The notes under the pieces: generated by a model
Seen by the model: the letters and a program-made list of their open reading frames with translations, nothing else
Database searches by the model: none
What the model was told of the DNA's origin: nothing
Shown here: positions 62,272 to 64,000 of the stretch, in pieces
Layout of the letters: the number at the start of each line of letters is the position of its first letter
Numbering within the stretch: the first letter of the stretch is position 1
Assembly (NCBI GenBank): GCA_000934665.2
Contig: JYFJ02004390.1
Location: 1-64,000 of the forward strand
Reading direction: 5' to 3'
DNA from: Catajapyx aquilonaris
Taxonomy: Eukaryota
DNA length: 64,000 nucleotides
Position numbers and translations under genes: made by a program

Positions 62272-63288
62272 CAGGGTGGACGTAAAGTTTCGGACCCCCC
62301 CCCCCNACCCCCCCAGGTTTTTTAACCCTACTTTTCACAGAGTCTTTTCAGATCTTTTAAAAGTCCACAAGCAGTTCTAATGTACACTATATTTTGAAAC
62401 ATAATCTTGAGAACATCTGAGCACCTTCGCTCTCGCAATTTCATTAATACCTTCGCCTCTGGGACTCATCTAAACATCCTATCTGTTTTGCGTTTATTTT
62501 GCTTGTTGCCTTGGAGGACACCTGGTCATATTCTGCGTCAGATAGGGTTTTTATGACCCTTTTCCATTAGTTCCCCTTCATGCAAATGTTGTGAACTCAC
62601 TCCTGACCTTATTTTTCGCATTGGTCCATAACCTGGTCCAATAAAAATTTGAAAAGGAATGCATGAAATGGCGGACCCGGATGCATTACTTTCGAATTCT
62701 CACATTGGTACCATCACATTTGTTTCCATTTTTACTTTAAAATAATTTTTTGGTGCGAAAGGACGTGAACGAAAGGATGTGTCATGTTGATTAATTTACC
62801 AAGGTAGGACTGTTTACTGTCCTTTCCCACCAAAAAATTATTTGAAAGCAAAAATGGAGACAAATGTGATGGTACCAATTCGAAAGTAATGCATCCGGGT
62901 CCGCCATTTCATGCATTCCTTTTCAAATTTTTATTGGACCAGGTTATGGACCAATGCGAAAAATAAGGTCAGGAGTGAGTTCACAACATTTGCATGAAGG
63001 GGAACTCATGGAAAAGGGTCATAAAAACATTATCTGACGCAGAATATGACCAGGTGTCCTCCAAGGCAACAAGCAAAATAAACGCAAAACAGATAGGATG
63101 TTTAGATGAGTCACAGAGGCGAAGTTATTAATGGAATTGCGAGAGCGAAGGTGCTCAGATGTTCTCAAGATTATGCTTCAAAAGATAGTCTACATTAGAA
63201 CTGCTTGTGGACTTTTAAAAGATGTGAAAAGACGCTGTGAAAAGTAGGGTAAAAAACCTGGGGGGTCCGAAACTTTCCGTCCACCCTG
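62272..63288. mobile_element. ~1-kb near-perfect Tc1/mariner-type foldback MITE
   Basis: TA|CAGGGTGGACG...CGTCCACCCTG|TG. ~480-bp arms with few mismatches around a ~70-bp spacer. Confidence 0.92.
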
Positions 63289-64000
63289 TGTAATAGCCGT
63301 AGAGTGGCATTGACGTCATCGGCATTTTCATTGCTGCCTATTGCTCTCATATCTTTAGGCTATTAGATATTAGATTCATTATTCATTATGATGAGCTCAT
63401 AATTATACAACCTGACTCCGGCAGTAAGACATTTTTGTAATCCTGTTATTTTGGTATCCCTTATTTTCCCAGTGTTTAATTTGCATTCATAGAGGAAGGC
63501 GAGCTAGCTGATATGCTGATCAGAGTTATAACTACATTGCAAATATTTAGGGAAATAGTCTGACGAAAAAAGCGCCTTCTCACACCGAGTCTTGCACCAG
63601 AGTTAAACCTGTCCCTGAAGGACCCTGGATACAGCGGAAACTTCAGGAGGATTTGCAATATATTTATGTCACACATTAGGAAGACCTATCCAGTAATAAA
63701 ATATTTTCTTGGAACGAAACAAATGATATAGGTTCCACTGTAGTAATAATCAACATCCCAATGTTTTTTTTTTTTTTAATTGGTAGAGTGCTGCTAGTTG
63801 AATAACGTCAGAATACGTTTGGCCGAGGTTTTAAAATATATATAGAGTAGGCTACCGTATATATTTTGCACAGTGGCGATTTATTTTTATTTACTGTTCA
63901 TTTTAAAAAATCGTTTATACTACCACCACTTCATAAGAGCAATTTTATCGAACAGCTCATTTTAAAATGTTAAGTGCTCCTGTCGCCTTCAGTATTGAGT

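Overview
Eukaryotic, metazoan DNA, probably from an invertebrate; the species cannot be determined from this window. Only one host protein-coding gene is supported: the 3' end of WASHC2/FAM21 on the + strand. It has an internal exon at 8205-8506 and a 2.4-kb terminal coding exon at 11004-13391 carrying LFa repeats, a capping-protein-interaction motif and the C-terminal FDDPL. Its introns (1-11 kb) are a deeply nested stack of DNA transposons: hAT/Charlie, mariner, PIF/Harbinger, piggyBac-like, Tigger-like, Helitron-like, and several long foldback MITEs. About 4.6 kb past the stop codon lies a frameshifted copy of the internal exon plus its following intron (18000-18688). This copy is bracketed by a 10-bp direct repeat, sits inside an old TIR element, and appears to switch template inside a MITE. 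From ~19 kb to the end I recognise no gene: GC-richer, TE-free islands (candidate regulatory DNA) alternate with AT-rich spacers holding MITEs, two modular tRNA-SINEs, a canonical Helitron with a doubled 3' end, and a Tigger MITE that closely resembles mammalian MER2. All TE superfamily calls rest on terminal sequences and TSDs read by eye; no database searches were run, and most short ORFs in the supplied track look spurious.
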